Shown here piece after piece: positions 48,458 through 57,654 of a DNA stretch of 64,000 bases (position 1 is its first letter; every line of letters begins with the position of its first letter). The stretch lies in the IMG/VR virus record IMGVR_UViG_3300010334_000053; one strand, written 5' to 3'. Source of the DNA: an uncultured virus (IMG/VR IMGVR_UViG_3300010334_000053). Taxonomy: Duplodnaviria > Heunggongvirae > Uroviricota > Caudoviricetes. The notes below the pieces were generated by a model. The model ran no database searches, was not told the DNA's origin, and was given only the letters and a program-made list of their open reading frames with translations. The translations under genes were made by a program, and so were the position numbers.

Positions 48458-48787
48458 CTATTTCCATTTAAGATAATACATGGTCTTTGTAGGTTCAGAG
48501 AACGTTGCTACGATTTTGAATTGTTCTCCATTGCGATCATATTCTTTATAGCTATTGTACCATAGGTCATTATATGAGTTTTCTAGAACCCATTTACCTT
48601 TGTCAGAATTTAGAAACGTGTTAAACATTTCTGCAATATGATTGAGAGAATTAAAATTTCTAACATCATCAGGAACAAAAAACTGGTAGACAACACATTG
48701 ACTCAATTTAATTAGTCGGTTGTCTACCAGTTTATATTCTTTGAATTCACTTGCATTACGCCAATGTATTAGCGATTTTTCTTTCAT
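48458..48787 (-). CDS. hypothetical protein
   Basis: ORF ending LKWK. Confidence 0.6.
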   Translation of the reverse strand: MKEKSLIHWRNASEFKEYKLVDNRLIKLSQCVVYQFFVPDDVRNFNSLNHIAEMFNTFLNSDKGKWVLENSYNDLWYNSYKEYDRNGEQFKIVATFSEPTKTMYYLKWK

Positions 48788-49200
48788 TAAGATGATTTTT
48801 TCTTCTTACGATAATAGTGTTTTTTATTATTTTTAGGAAGAACTGTGGTCGAAGTGTTTGCAGATTTGGTAGTATTTGAATCATGCCATTCCTCAAATTG
48901 AGGAATTGGCAATCCTACTTTTCGTAGAAAACGATTGGCGCCTACTAATCCCTCTCTACGAAAAAGTGCAATTGGTCCCTGAGAATCTGGACTAATTTGC
49001 GCAAATTCTCTGACTTCATATACTGGATCGATTCCAGTTTGTACTTGAATTACATAAAATTCGTTGTCTGGACTATGTCCCTCATTGAGATGCTCAAAGT
49101 CGATAATCTCAACAATACGACCTTTGGTGAGTTTTTTCTCTCCCATATGAATCCAGACTGTGTCTTTAATGTTATATTCTTTTTTTATAATATCAGGCAT
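48787..49200 (-). CDS. hypothetical protein (SH3/KOW-like N-terminus)
   Basis: KDTVWI...GRIVEI. Confidence 0.6.
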   Translation of the reverse strand: MPDIIKKEYNIKDTVWIHMGEKKLTKGRIVEIIDFEHLNEGHSPDNEFYVIQVQTGIDPVYEVREFAQISPDSQGPIALFRREGLVGANRFLRKVGLPIPQFEEWHDSNTTKSANTSTTVLPKNNKKHYYRKKKKSS

Positions 49201-49351
49201 CGTCTAATACTTTCCCTTCGAGTAAATCTTTGACAAATTTTAGTGCTTTTTTTGTAGTATCAAACACGTATTCATCGTCCTCGTCGATGGTGCGCAAAGC
49301 AATAACGACGCCATTTTTGACTTTACGCAACTCGACTGATTCAAACTCCAT
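49193..49351 (-). CDS. small hypothetical protein
   Basis: Manual 52 aa MEFESVELRKVKNG...; fills gap between neighbours. Confidence 0.55.
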   Translation of the reverse strand: MEFESVELRKVKNGVVIALRTIDEDDEYVFDTTKKALKFVKDLLEGKVLDDA

Positions 49352-49360
49352 ATAGGATCC

Positions 49361-50083
49361 TTATTGTGGAACTGATAAATTATAATTAAAGTGAAAAATT
49401 CCAATATGTGAAATTTCTTTGCTTAACTCGTGGTCACACCACACTTGGAATCCATTTTCTCTGGCTTTCCTGCAGAAATAAATGTCTTCTCCAATTTCAA
49501 GATTCATATCTGGTACAAAGTCCTGAATATAATGAGGCTGTGGAATTTTTTCATATACTGAGCGGTGCACCAAAACACATCCGTGTGGAAGCACATCAAC
49601 GTCTTGCATTGCGGGGCTATTGTCGTCGGTAATCAGTTCTTGGAAGTTACCAGGCTGACCCATCATTCCAGTAAATCCTGGATTTGGAAATCTACGGCGA
49701 CGATAATTAGCTCCAACTAGTGGAACATTACGATTTAATAGACGAATTGGCGCGTCGATTGGAAACTTCATGTCTGAGTCTACCCACCATGCATAGTCAA
49801 AATCACTTTTCATAAAAATGTCAGTGAGGTTTCGTCTTGCAATTGTAATCACACTTCCGATATTAAATGCACAATTAATTTTAATTCCGTTTGCAACTAG
49901 ATTGGCACATGCCATGGCAAGATGCTGTGCAAACTCTGCGTTTACCATTTCCATTGCAGGAACCAGTATCATTACGCTAGGTTGTTTGTTATTCTGAGGT
50001 TGCATTACGGGATTAGGAGTGGCCGCTTGCGGAACTGGTGAAGCTTTGCGAGCGGGAATTTGTAGTTTGCCTTTGTTTTTCAT
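49361..50083 (-). CDS. GT-A fold glycosyltransferase-like protein
   Basis: ARRNL, WVDSDM (DxD), GEDIYFC, HIG. Confidence 0.75.
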   Translation of the reverse strand: MKNKGKLQIPARKASPVPQAATPNPVMQPQNNKQPSVMILVPAMEMVNAEFAQHLAMACANLVANGIKINCAFNIGSVITIARRNLTDIFMKSDFDYAWWVDSDMKFPIDAPIRLLNRNVPLVGANYRRRRFPNPGFTGMMGQPGNFQELITDDNSPAMQDVDVLPHGCVLVHRSVYEKIPQPHYIQDFVPDMNLEIGEDIYFCRKARENGFQVWCDHELSKEISHIGIFHFNYNLSVPQ

Positions 50084-50126
50084 GTTAGTCCTTTTTTAAC
50101 ATTCTATTATCTTAAACCAAATCTGT

Positions 50127-50804
50127 CTATTTGTCAAGCTTTTTGTATACTTTTTTGAGTAATCGTCGTAAAATTGGCTGTGTTAAATCACTTCCAAACA
50201 CATTAAAATATACCCAGAGATTTATACTTTCTTTAATGGTTATTTTTGACGGTTGATTTAATTTTTCTAAAATTATTGCACTGTCATTCAATTCGGTTGC
50301 AATATTATGTGCATATGCGTCAATTTCATCTGGATTTGCTAGATATTCAAACCCTTCATCGGAATAATATTGGCATCGATGATCTATTTCAATAAAATCT
50401 CTTGTTCTTGCCTGTTTCATATGAATCAGTTCATGAGCAAGTGCATCTGATAAATTGTTGACAAATCGTTGATAACACTCTTTGTCAAAAATTATACATG
50501 TTTCTCTGGGATGTGTTATCAAAACAATATCTATAGAAATTTTACATGCTTCATCTTCCTCAGAGTCATAGTATGCGTTTAAATTAACATCTCCTGGATC
50601 AACTTCTGGAGATGTGGCACAAAAAACGTTTACACTAAACCTGTTGGCAATAAATTCACCAATTTCTTTGACAAAATCATCGACCGCAAAAACTCGATTT
50701 ATTGCCAGATCTTTGATATCATTGAATACGTTATGTATAATTTCTCTTGTGGGAATTTTTACACGCTCATCAAATTTTGGTGCACAATTAAATCTAGTCG
50801 CCAT
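50127..50804 (-). CDS. putative zincin metallopeptidase
   Basis: LAHELIHMKQ...EIDAYA. Confidence 0.6.
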   Translation of the reverse strand: MATRFNCAPKFDERVKIPTREIIHNVFNDIKDLAINRVFAVDDFVKEIGEFIANRFSVNVFCATSPEVDPGDVNLNAYYDSEEDEACKISIDIVLITHPRETCIIFDKECYQRFVNNLSDALAHELIHMKQARTRDFIEIDHRCQYYSDEGFEYLANPDEIDAYAHNIATELNDSAIILEKLNQPSKITIKESINLWVYFNVFGSDLTQPILRRLLKKVYKKLDK

Positions 50805-51224
50805 TTAAAGTTTCTCTACAGATACATTAGACTTTTTTAAGAATTGAATTCCGGAGTCGTCTCTATATACCGTTTTATAATAAACACTTTTGATACCAGA
50901 TTGAAGAATCAATTTCGCACAATCAAGGCAAGGACTTAGCGTAATATAAAGATCCGCATTCTCGCCTGATTCAGTGGATTTTGCCAATTTTGCAATACAG
51001 TTGCTTTCTGCGTGAAGTACTTCTGGTCGTGTTAGTAAAGAACCATCATCTAATTCAATTTCGCAGTTATTATCCCATCCACTAGGCATTCCGTTCCACC
51101 CAGTTGATATAATTCTACCATTTTTGACAATAATAGATCCTACTTTACGCCTACGTGCATGACTTTCTTGTGCAACTCGTTCCGCAATATCAATGTACAG
51201 AGAGTGCCTGGGTCTATCGGTCAT
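50805..51224 (-). CDS. dCMP deaminase
   Basis: GWNG, HAESN, TLSPCLDC; start reassigned to MTDRP (avoids tRNA-like gene). Confidence 0.9.
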   Translation of the reverse strand: MTDRPRHSLYIDIAERVAQESHARRRKVGSIIVKNGRIISTGWNGMPSGWDNNCEIELDDGSLLTRPEVLHAESNCIAKLAKSTESGENADLYITLSPCLDCAKLILQSGIKSVYYKTVYRDDSGIQFLKKSNVSVEKL

Positions 51225-51239
51225 TTTATACCTTTGTAA

Positions 51240-51343
51240 TGGTGCGGCCGGGAGGGCTTGAACCTCCAAGGACTGTGTCTAAGACGTTGTCCCATCCTCG
51301 TCCAGAAGGATCGAGAGCTTTGCCATAATTTGCTCACGGCCGC
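51240..51343 (-). ncRNA. non-canonical 104-nt tRNA-like RNA
   Basis: 7-bp acceptor GCGGCCG/CGGCCGC + ACCA, D arm, T arm GGAGG-TTCAAGC-CCTCC; two irregular hairpins in the middle. Confidence 0.75.
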
Positions 51344-51373
51344 ATATAATATATAATTATACAAAATTTTACT

Positions 51374-51745
51374 TTAATCCGCAAGTGATTTTTGACTATC
51401 GCCTGGCATTACGCGATAATTGTCTTCGACACTATCTGGAGTACTTACTTCAATGATTGTTCCTGCTTCGATACAAGTAACTCGGTGTGGAACTAATGGA
51501 GGAATGTGTTGTGTATTGCCTTCGATCAGCGTAATTTTTCTTATACTAGCATCTTTTGTATCAATCATTTCTACTTCAAATACGCCACTTAGTACAAACC
51601 AAGTTTCATCTTTTTCACAGTGAAAGTGCATGGAAAATTTTGAACCTTTATTAAATTCCATCATTTTTCCGCAATACTTGTCGTTAGTTGCCCATATTAA
51701 TTCATGGCCCCACCCTTTTTTTACAAAACCTTCTAACCGAGTCAT
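51374..51745 (-). CDS. cupin (sugar isomerase-like)
   Basis: KGWGHE, SMHFH..KDETW, H.V, EVST. Confidence 0.8.
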   Translation of the reverse strand: MTRLEGFVKKGWGHELIWATNDKYCGKMMEFNKGSKFSMHFHCEKDETWFVLSGVFEVEMIDTKDASIRKITLIEGNTQHIPPLVPHRVTCIEAGTIIEVSTPDSVEDNYRVMPGDSQKSLAD

Positions 51746-52515
51746 TTTATTTCCTTTAATTTAGGTGCATATACTCCGGGATGTTGTACTGTGAGAGCAC
51801 TAGCACGATTTGCAAAATCCATGGAGTCTGCTATGCTATTAGTATTTAAATAGCTGTAAACTATGGCAGCTAAAAATGTATCGCCAGCACCGCATACATC
51901 AACTACTTCGGTAGGAGCAGCAGCATAAATCTTTCCTTGGTATTCAGAACCACGATCTCCTAGTGTAGTGATAATATTACTACATATACTTGTAGCCGCT
52001 GCCCGTTCTTTTTCATTTATTTTAACGTAGCAACCTTCAAAATATTCCAAATCTGTTTTTTTAGTGTCAACAAAAATAGGACCGGCGAATGTATCTCGTA
52101 AATCTCGTATTGAAGTATACCCTATAAATCCTTTGTTATAATCACTGATAACTATGGCATCAAAATCATGTATATTACTGATTTTAGATTCAATGTATTC
52201 AATAGTCACCGGATCACTAGCAACATCATCGTCTAATCTTAATAAATGTTGTCCTGACCTACTGTCGATCATTCTAGTTTTTTTACTGGAGTTTCCAGTA
52301 ATACAAACAACATTGCAATTTAAATTTAATAGATTAATTTCTACATTACTTGCCATTCCTGGCAAAGTATATTCATGTGTAAATTTAAATACAGGAACAG
52401 GTGCTTCTGGACTAATTCTGTCCACAACTCCGTACTTGTATACATCTAAACACGTATCACCTAGAAGTAATATCCTGAATTTTTTTGGTTGTTGAAAAAT
52501 GCTCAAGTCGCTCAT
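51742..52515 (-). CDS. HldE/RfaE domain I-like heptose phosphate kinase (PfkB)
   Basis: RISPEAPVPV, ISDYNKG, DVCGAGDTF; start uncertain. Confidence 0.85.
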   Translation of the reverse strand: MSDLSIFQQPKKFRILLLGDTCLDVYKYGVVDRISPEAPVPVFKFTHEYTLPGMASNVEINLLNLNCNVVCITGNSSKKTRMIDSRSGQHLLRLDDDVASDPVTIEYIESKISNIHDFDAIVISDYNKGFIGYTSIRDLRDTFAGPIFVDTKKTDLEYFEGCYVKINEKERAAATSICSNIITTLGDRGSEYQGKIYAAAPTEVVDVCGAGDTFLAAIVYSYLNTNSIADSMDFANRASALTVQHPGVYAPKLKEIK

Positions 52516-52861
52516 AAAAATAAATTTCTTTACAGTATTCTGCACCTAAAATCATGGTGCCACGATAATCACTGCCTTTTACCATTACGTCTGGATCAAA
52601 TGCACGAATATTAGCAACGAGTTCATCGTCACTGTCAAAAGTATTTACATAGTCAACATACCTTAGTGCCAATAACATGATTTTACGTTCTTCGGCAGTA
52701 TTGATTGGTCTGCTCGGACCCTTGAGTTCGCTGACTCTTCTATCTGAATCAATTAAAACCAATACTCCTGAATTGGGATATGCAGTTTTTGCATGTCGGA
52801 GCAATTCAAGATGTCCGACATGCAAAATATCAAAGGTACCGTTTACTACAACTCTAGTCAT
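52457..52861 (-). CDS. HldE/RfaE domain II-like nucleotidyltransferase
   Basis: NGTFDILHVGH, KGPSRPIN, KGSDY, STT. Confidence 0.85.
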   Translation of the reverse strand: MTRVVVNGTFDILHVGHLELLRHAKTAYPNSGVLVLIDSDRRVSELKGPSRPINTAEERKIMLLALRYVDYVNTFDSDDELVANIRAFDPDVMVKGSDYRGTMILGAEYCKEIYFYERLEHFSTTKKIQDITSR

Positions 52862-53351
52862 TGCCTAGTACTAGGCCCTTAAGGATATCTAAGGTTTCTA
52901 ACAGATCGCCTGTGTGCAAGATGCCATTGCCGTCAACTTCTCCCCATTCAATGATATTGCTAGGCTTGTCATCAATTAAGATGTCGCCGGGTTTGCAATG
53001 CACTTTCTTGTCTTTAGCAAACGGTCCAAAATGGACAGGAATATCTGGAAAATATTTCTGAGCCCAAAGCACCTTGTCGTAAAATGCCCAATGAACATCG
53101 TTACCTTTAGGCACAGCAGTTAAGAACAGCAGTTCGTAGTTGCGAGTGTCTCTAAGATAGCGACAGTATTCAACCAACGCATCCGCTTCCTTGGTCTTCT
53201 CTAACAGAAAGTAGATGCGCGGATCACGGATAATGCTGGACCAAACTTCATTTGGCCATCGGCCATTGGGCGCTGGCTGTCCAAGAACCTTGCTGGCATA
53301 GCCGTCAAAGTCGGCAACTACGCCGTCCATGTCCAGAAAAATAGTAGTCAT
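52854..53351 (-). CDS. HAD 5'(3')-deoxyribonucleotidase
   Basis: FLDMDGVVADF, ILIDD. Confidence 0.8.
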   Translation of the reverse strand: MTTIFLDMDGVVADFDGYASKVLGQPAPNGRWPNEVWSSIIRDPRIYFLLEKTKEADALVEYCRYLRDTRNYELLFLTAVPKGNDVHWAFYDKVLWAQKYFPDIPVHFGPFAKDKKVHCKPGDILIDDKPSNIIEWGEVDGNGILHTGDLLETLDILKGLVLGND

Positions 53352-53353
53352 TT

Positions 53354-53863
53354 TTAATTACCTTCTAAAACTTCTATATCTGCAAAAGAATTCACTACCG
53401 TGATTTCACGAAATCCCTCGTCATGCGTAGGAAACTGAAACGATGCAAACATGGACTGAATAACATTTTCCGGAATAGTCTTACCCGGCCGAGAGATCAA
53501 ACGACGATTCCATTCCAAACGATCTTCAGGAACATCAAACACTACGGCATTGAAAGTGTATCCGTACTTTGTAAGAAAATCAATAAACTTGCGACGGCTT
53601 TTGCGGCTCATGTTAGTACGATCAATGATAATTGGATCACCGTCTTCGGCGGTCATCTTAAGATCATTCCACATGACTTTGTCAGCAAATCCAACAAGTT
53701 CTTTGAACCCTTCGTCATAGGTCATGCCATATTCATGAGCGATATCCTCAATGACGGTGTCAGTAGATGCAATGTAGGTATTTTCAATCCACTGCAAGTT
53801 GTCAACCCAGGTGCTTTTGCCCGAGCAAGGAGCGCCGACGAGAATAGTACAAATCTTAGTCAT
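53354..53863 (-). CDS. P-loop kinase (AAA_33, polynucleotide-kinase-like)
   Basis: GAPCSGKST, STD, IDRTN, P...EGF. Confidence 0.8.
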   Translation of the reverse strand: MTKICTILVGAPCSGKSTWVDNLQWIENTYIASTDTVIEDIAHEYGMTYDEGFKELVGFADKVMWNDLKMTAEDGDPIIIDRTNMSRKSRRKFIDFLTKYGYTFNAVVFDVPEDRLEWNRRLISRPGKTIPENVIQSMFASFQFPTHDEGFREITVVNSFADIEVLEGN

Positions 53864-53926
53864 CTTACTTCCTTTTTGTTGGTTGTTAGTGTATTATACA
53901 CACTTTCTATTGAGAATACAAATAGT

Positions 53927-54082
53927 TTATTGAGACTCGTCTATTGCCTTCATGAGAATTTTTAGAGCAGTTTCCCTGCGCTGCATTGCAAACTCATAAG
54001 TGGGTCCCCAACTGAAATCTTGTTCGTCAGGAACACACTCACTCAATGAGTCATAAACTTGTTGAAGTTCTTCAATCGTCAT
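53927..54082 (-). CDS. small hypothetical protein
   Basis: Manual 51 aa MTIEELQQ... Confidence 0.45.
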   Translation of the reverse strand: MTIEELQQVYDSLSECVPDEQDFSWGPTYEFAMQRRETALKILMKAIDESQ

Positions 54083-54380
54083 ATCCGTCACCCCATTCTT
54101 CTCGCAGTTGTTGACGAATTCTTTGTTCTCGTAGTTGTTCTTCTTCGGCCCACTTGCGCTGCATCATGTCTTTGTAGACTTTGTTGGCACCGCCTCCCCA
54201 ATAGTCACACTCTAATCCACAATCAGGGCAGTATTCACGAGACAGTGTTTCTTTGAATCTGCTGCTTTTGCATTTGGGACACTTGCGATTGGTAATCTTC
54301 TTACCGTTATCGACCCAGCCGTTACGTTCGTTGTAATAATTAGCCAACAGGACCACCCATTGATTCAACGCCGTCTGCAC
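54072..54380 (-). CDS. Zn-ribbon hypothetical protein
   Basis: CPKC...CPDC; start uncertain. Confidence 0.55.
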   Translation of the reverse strand: MQTALNQWVVLLANYYNERNGWVDNGKKITNRKCPKCKSSRFKETLSREYCPDCGLECDYWGGGANKVYKDMMQRKWAEEEQLREQRIRQQLREEWGDGYDD

Positions 54381-54628
54381 GGCCTGCTTCCCATGCTGCT
54401 TTTGCTACTTGTGAGTAGCTGTCATTTTCTAAATCAGGCTTACTGCCATATTCTTGTTCAAACCATTCTTCAAAAGTCATTGCTTATCCTTGAAAAGTTG
54501 CTTGCGAAGCCAGTCGTAATGCTCCTGTTGTTGAGCATGGAGTTTCATCCACTTATGAAAAGTGAAGCGCCAAAATACATCAAATAAAACAGCACCGCAG
54601 GCAAATCCTGCAACGAAACTCCATGTCA

Positions 54629-55519
54629 TTACATAGTCTCCAACGATTCACGAACCCAAGCAAGTCGGGCTTGCTCGTCCATTTCAGTGTACTCAACGAT
54701 ATTAGCGCGGATCTTGTCGATCAGCGGATAATACTCTTCGTCAATTTGCTGCTTGATCTGATCACTCATCAGCTTGTCAGTACGCGGATTGCGAGCAACC
54801 CACTTGCTGGTCAAGTAATACGGCGACTTGATCTTAGCAGCAATACCGTCTTCAGTGTAGAACACAAACCCTTCGTGCTTGACGTTCTTCACAGCCTTGA
54901 GAAGTTCACCTACCGTAGTACGCACACCCAGAACAGGCAGGCAACCAAACTGAATACCAAACACAGCAAGAGCATGTGAATCCAACCTCACCGGGCTATC
55001 CCATTCCTTCAAACGGTAGCCGATCAAGTACATGCCTTCTTCTTCAGGAACAATATGCGGATCATTGCGATGCACACATTCAAACATGAAAGTTAGGCGA
55101 GGATTTGCACGGCAAATTTCACGATACACATCCACGTCAATAAGCTCACGAGCCATTGCACAGAAGTCGCTGTCCAGGCTACCGGTAGTGCTCACAAGGA
55201 TATCTCCATTGTGCCAGGTAACCGAAACCATGAAGCCGTTGATCTTGCGATAAGCGTCAACAACAGTGTCGTCGCTTAACTTAGGAGCCTTCTTTTCGAC
55301 ACCGTAGTTGTAGACCTTGGTAAAGGGACGAGAAACAATGTTGAAGTCCTGGTCGATCACAGTGCCGCGGCATTCCTCAAGGAAGCGATTCCACAGATCG
55401 TCGTAAAATACGCGCTTGGTGTACTTGAGCACAAACAAACCTGGATATGCTTCACTTTCACGCATTTTAACCAGCTTGGGATTCTTTTCAACCCAATTCT
55501 TAAGTTCGATCTTGTTCAT
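54629..55519 (-). CDS. RNA ligase (Rnl1-like)
   Basis: ECRG, RPFTK, motif I RKING, MFE, EGFV, KIKS. Confidence 0.8.
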   Translation of the reverse strand: MNKIELKNWVEKNPKLVKMRESEAYPGLFVLKYTKRVFYDDLWNRFLEECRGTVIDQDFNIVSRPFTKVYNYGVEKKAPKLSDDTVVDAYRKINGFMVSVTWHNGDILVSTTGSLDSDFCAMARELIDVDVYREICRANPRLTFMFECVHRNDPHIVPEEEGMYLIGYRLKEWDSPVRLDSHALAVFGIQFGCLPVLGVRTTVGELLKAVKNVKHEGFVFYTEDGIAAKIKSPYYLTSKWVARNPRTDKLMSDQIKQQIDEEYYPLIDKIRANIVEYTEMDEQARLAWVRESLETM

Positions 55520-55624
55520 GTCTGTGTCCTTGTGTGTTTAACTTACACACAAAGTATATAAGTTTTATTAGGTGAAGTCAATTGTTCTTGGGGAAAATAA
55601 TGTGACAGGGCAGATTTTTCTGCA

Positions 55625-55692
55625 TAAATAAGAGTGTGAGCCACGATGCTACCAACATCCGCTCACTCTAATGCTATATAGGAGCAATCAGC
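55625..55692 (+). promoter_or_regulatory. structured leader of homing endonuclease gene (copy A)
   Basis: TAAATA, nested hairpin, TCTAA, SD-occluding hairpin; covaries with 57585-57654. Confidence 0.6.
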
Positions 55693-56613
55693 ATGAATAT
55701 TTATACACCAATTACAATCACAGAGGAAATTAGAAAACGATTTAAACCAACTAGACTTGCCATTAAGGAACTTAATGGAGTAAAATATTTTTGCAAATCA
55801 GTTAGAAAAGATATTGAAAAATACACCGGAAGTGGAGTCAGATGGACTAACCATGTTAAAAAGCATGGAAGGGAACATATCAGAACGTTGTGGATAAGTG
55901 AGTGGTTTTACTGTCCTGAACGTTTGCAGTTTTTTGCTCTTGAATTCAGTAAACAACACAATATAGTCGAGAGCAGTGAATGGGCAAATCTTATACCAGA
56001 AAATGGATTAACTGGTAACACCGGTTCTAAAAAAGGCCACATGGCAGGGATTCCAAAACCAAAAAGCAATATGCATCGCGATTCAATTAGCAAAACTCTC
56101 ACGGGAATTACGTTAGAATACCGACACGGCAAAGAAAAAGCTGATGAGATTAGATCAAAAATGTCTTTAGCCAAGATTGGAAACAAAAAATCGAAAGAAA
56201 CTATCGAAAAAACAAGACAGACTCATTTAGGAAGTAAACGTGGCAAAGAAACTAAACAAAGAATGAAAGAAGCGCAGACAAGACGAGTACCACTAGTATG
56301 TGAACACTGTGGTAAATCTGTCTTGCCCGGCAACTTTCATAGATGGCACGGTGATTGTTGTTTATCCAATCCCAAACATTTGAAAAGAAAAGTTAATACT
56401 ACTAACTCGTGTAAAAATCGATCAAAAAAAGTAGTAATAAACGAAAAAGTGTACGCCTCGTTAAAAGAAGCATACACTTTGTTAAACTTGCCCAGAAATT
56501 TACTAGGAAATATGCTAAAGAAAAATATTACCAGTAATTCTAAATGGGGAATTGTTTCTTTTGAAATTATCAATGATGAGACATTGGATCAACAAGTTTC
56601 ATCTTCTGAATAA
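55693..56613 (+). CDS. GIY-YIG-related homing endonuclease with NUMOD-like repeats
   Basis: KYFCK..KYTGSG, basic S.ET..K repeats, CEHCG..RWHGD; inverted relative to neighbours. Confidence 0.7.
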   Translation: MNIYTPITITEEIRKRFKPTRLAIKELNGVKYFCKSVRKDIEKYTGSGVRWTNHVKKHGREHIRTLWISEWFYCPERLQFFALEFSKQHNIVESSEWANLIPENGLTGNTGSKKGHMAGIPKPKSNMHRDSISKTLTGITLEYRHGKEKADEIRSKMSLAKIGNKKSKETIEKTRQTHLGSKRGKETKQRMKEAQTRRVPLVCEHCGKSVLPGNFHRWHGDCCLSNPKHLKRKVNTTNSCKNRSKKVVINEKVYASLKEAYTLLNLPRNLLGNMLKKNITSNSKWGIVSFEIINDETLDQQVSSSE

Positions 56614-57106
56614 CTTCATCTAACTCAACTACAATTTTTCCAGTTGCATCATATCCTACATCCATAATCCTTCCTGGAATACCAGTGGGCTGACCATGAC
56701 GGTGACCATGTAACATAATGCTACCATGCCCTGCTCGATTATGATCAAATACTGGATAGTGGAACATCACTACAAAAGTCTTGTTATAAGTCATTTCATA
56801 ATAAACATGAACTTCTTTAAAGCAACGACGGAACACAGGATCCTTGAGCAACTTCCGATCGTGATTGCCTTCAATCAGGATCTTATCACCATTCAGCTGA
56901 TTCAAGATTGCCACGGCTTTGTTCGAAGGCAGAAAGGCAAAATCACCTAGAATATAGACAGTGTCATCTGGATTAACCTTAGCATTCCACTCGGAAATCA
57001 TACTCTGATTCATATCTTCAACGTCCGCGAACTTGCGAGTCTCAGGACAGAACTTCATAATATTCGCGTGTCCAAAATGGAGATCACTTGATACCCAGGT
57101 CTTCAT
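56570..57106 (-). CDS. calcineurin-like metallophosphoesterase
   Basis: SDLHFGH, LGD, GNHD, HYP, HGHRH. Confidence 0.9.
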   Translation of the reverse strand: MKTWVSSDLHFGHANIMKFCPETRKFADVEDMNQSMISEWNAKVNPDDTVYILGDFAFLPSNKAVAILNQLNGDKILIEGNHDRKLLKDPVFRRCFKEVHVYYEMTYNKTFVVMFHYPVFDHNRAGHGSIMLHGHRHGQPTGIPGRIMDVGYDATGKIVVELDEVIQKMKLVDPMSHH

Positions 57107-57208
57107 TATCTAATTCCTTAATCTACAATCTTGCAGTAGCGAACCTGAAAGCCGAATGCATCCTTACGCATCTTGCCAAACTTTGATTCGTGCCACACAT
57201 AATCTTCG

Positions 57209-57493
57209 TTAATTTCTACGATAGTCACTAGACCCGCTGTCATAGCTAGATCCATTATCGTAGGAGGAAGTATCAGTGCTCATAATGCTGCTAATAACTT
57301 CTGCTGCAATGATTGTATCAATGATTGTATCGACAATATCTGGACCGGAATCATAATTTGAGTTAGACTCTACGTGAGCAACATATATGCTGCGAGTGGT
57401 AGTTGTTTTAACAGCAGTGCCACCTGTAGGAGGCATAGTAGGCGCTGCGGACAACTTCTTGTATTCCTTGTTACGCTTAAAAAATGAAAACAT
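57209..57493 (-). CDS. hypothetical protein, Ser/Asp-rich tail
   Basis: SD AAAGGA; promoter TTGACT-17-TATACT at 57521-57549. Confidence 0.55.
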   Translation of the reverse strand: MFSFFKRNKEYKKLSAAPTMPPTGGTAVKTTTTRSIYVAHVESNSNYDSGPDIVDTIIDTIIAAEVISSIMSTDTSSYDNGSSYDSGSSDYRRN

Positions 57494-57558
57494 AAATGTT
57501 CCTTTGTTGTTTACTCATATAGTATACAAAACTTATTACATGGAGTCAAGACAAAAAA

Positions 57559-57586
57559 TAGCTCTGGCAAATTAATGCCAGAGCTA
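57559..57586 (-). terminator. intrinsic terminator
   Basis: 11-bp stem TAGCTCTGGCA/TGCCAGAGCTA followed by T-run on minus strand. Confidence 0.6.
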
Positions 57587-57654
57587 AATAATGGTGCGAA
57601 TCGCGACAGTGGGGATTGTCCATTCGCTCTAACAGTTTAGAAGGAACTATCAGT
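57585..57654 (+). promoter_or_regulatory. structured leader of homing endonuclease gene (copy B)
   Basis: Same architecture as 55625-55692. Confidence 0.6.

Noticed and set aside
57118..57228. 36-codon GTG ORF (MTIVEINEDYVWH...) overlapping 57209-57493
   Set aside because: No clear SD or motif; may be a gene remnant but cannot be supported.
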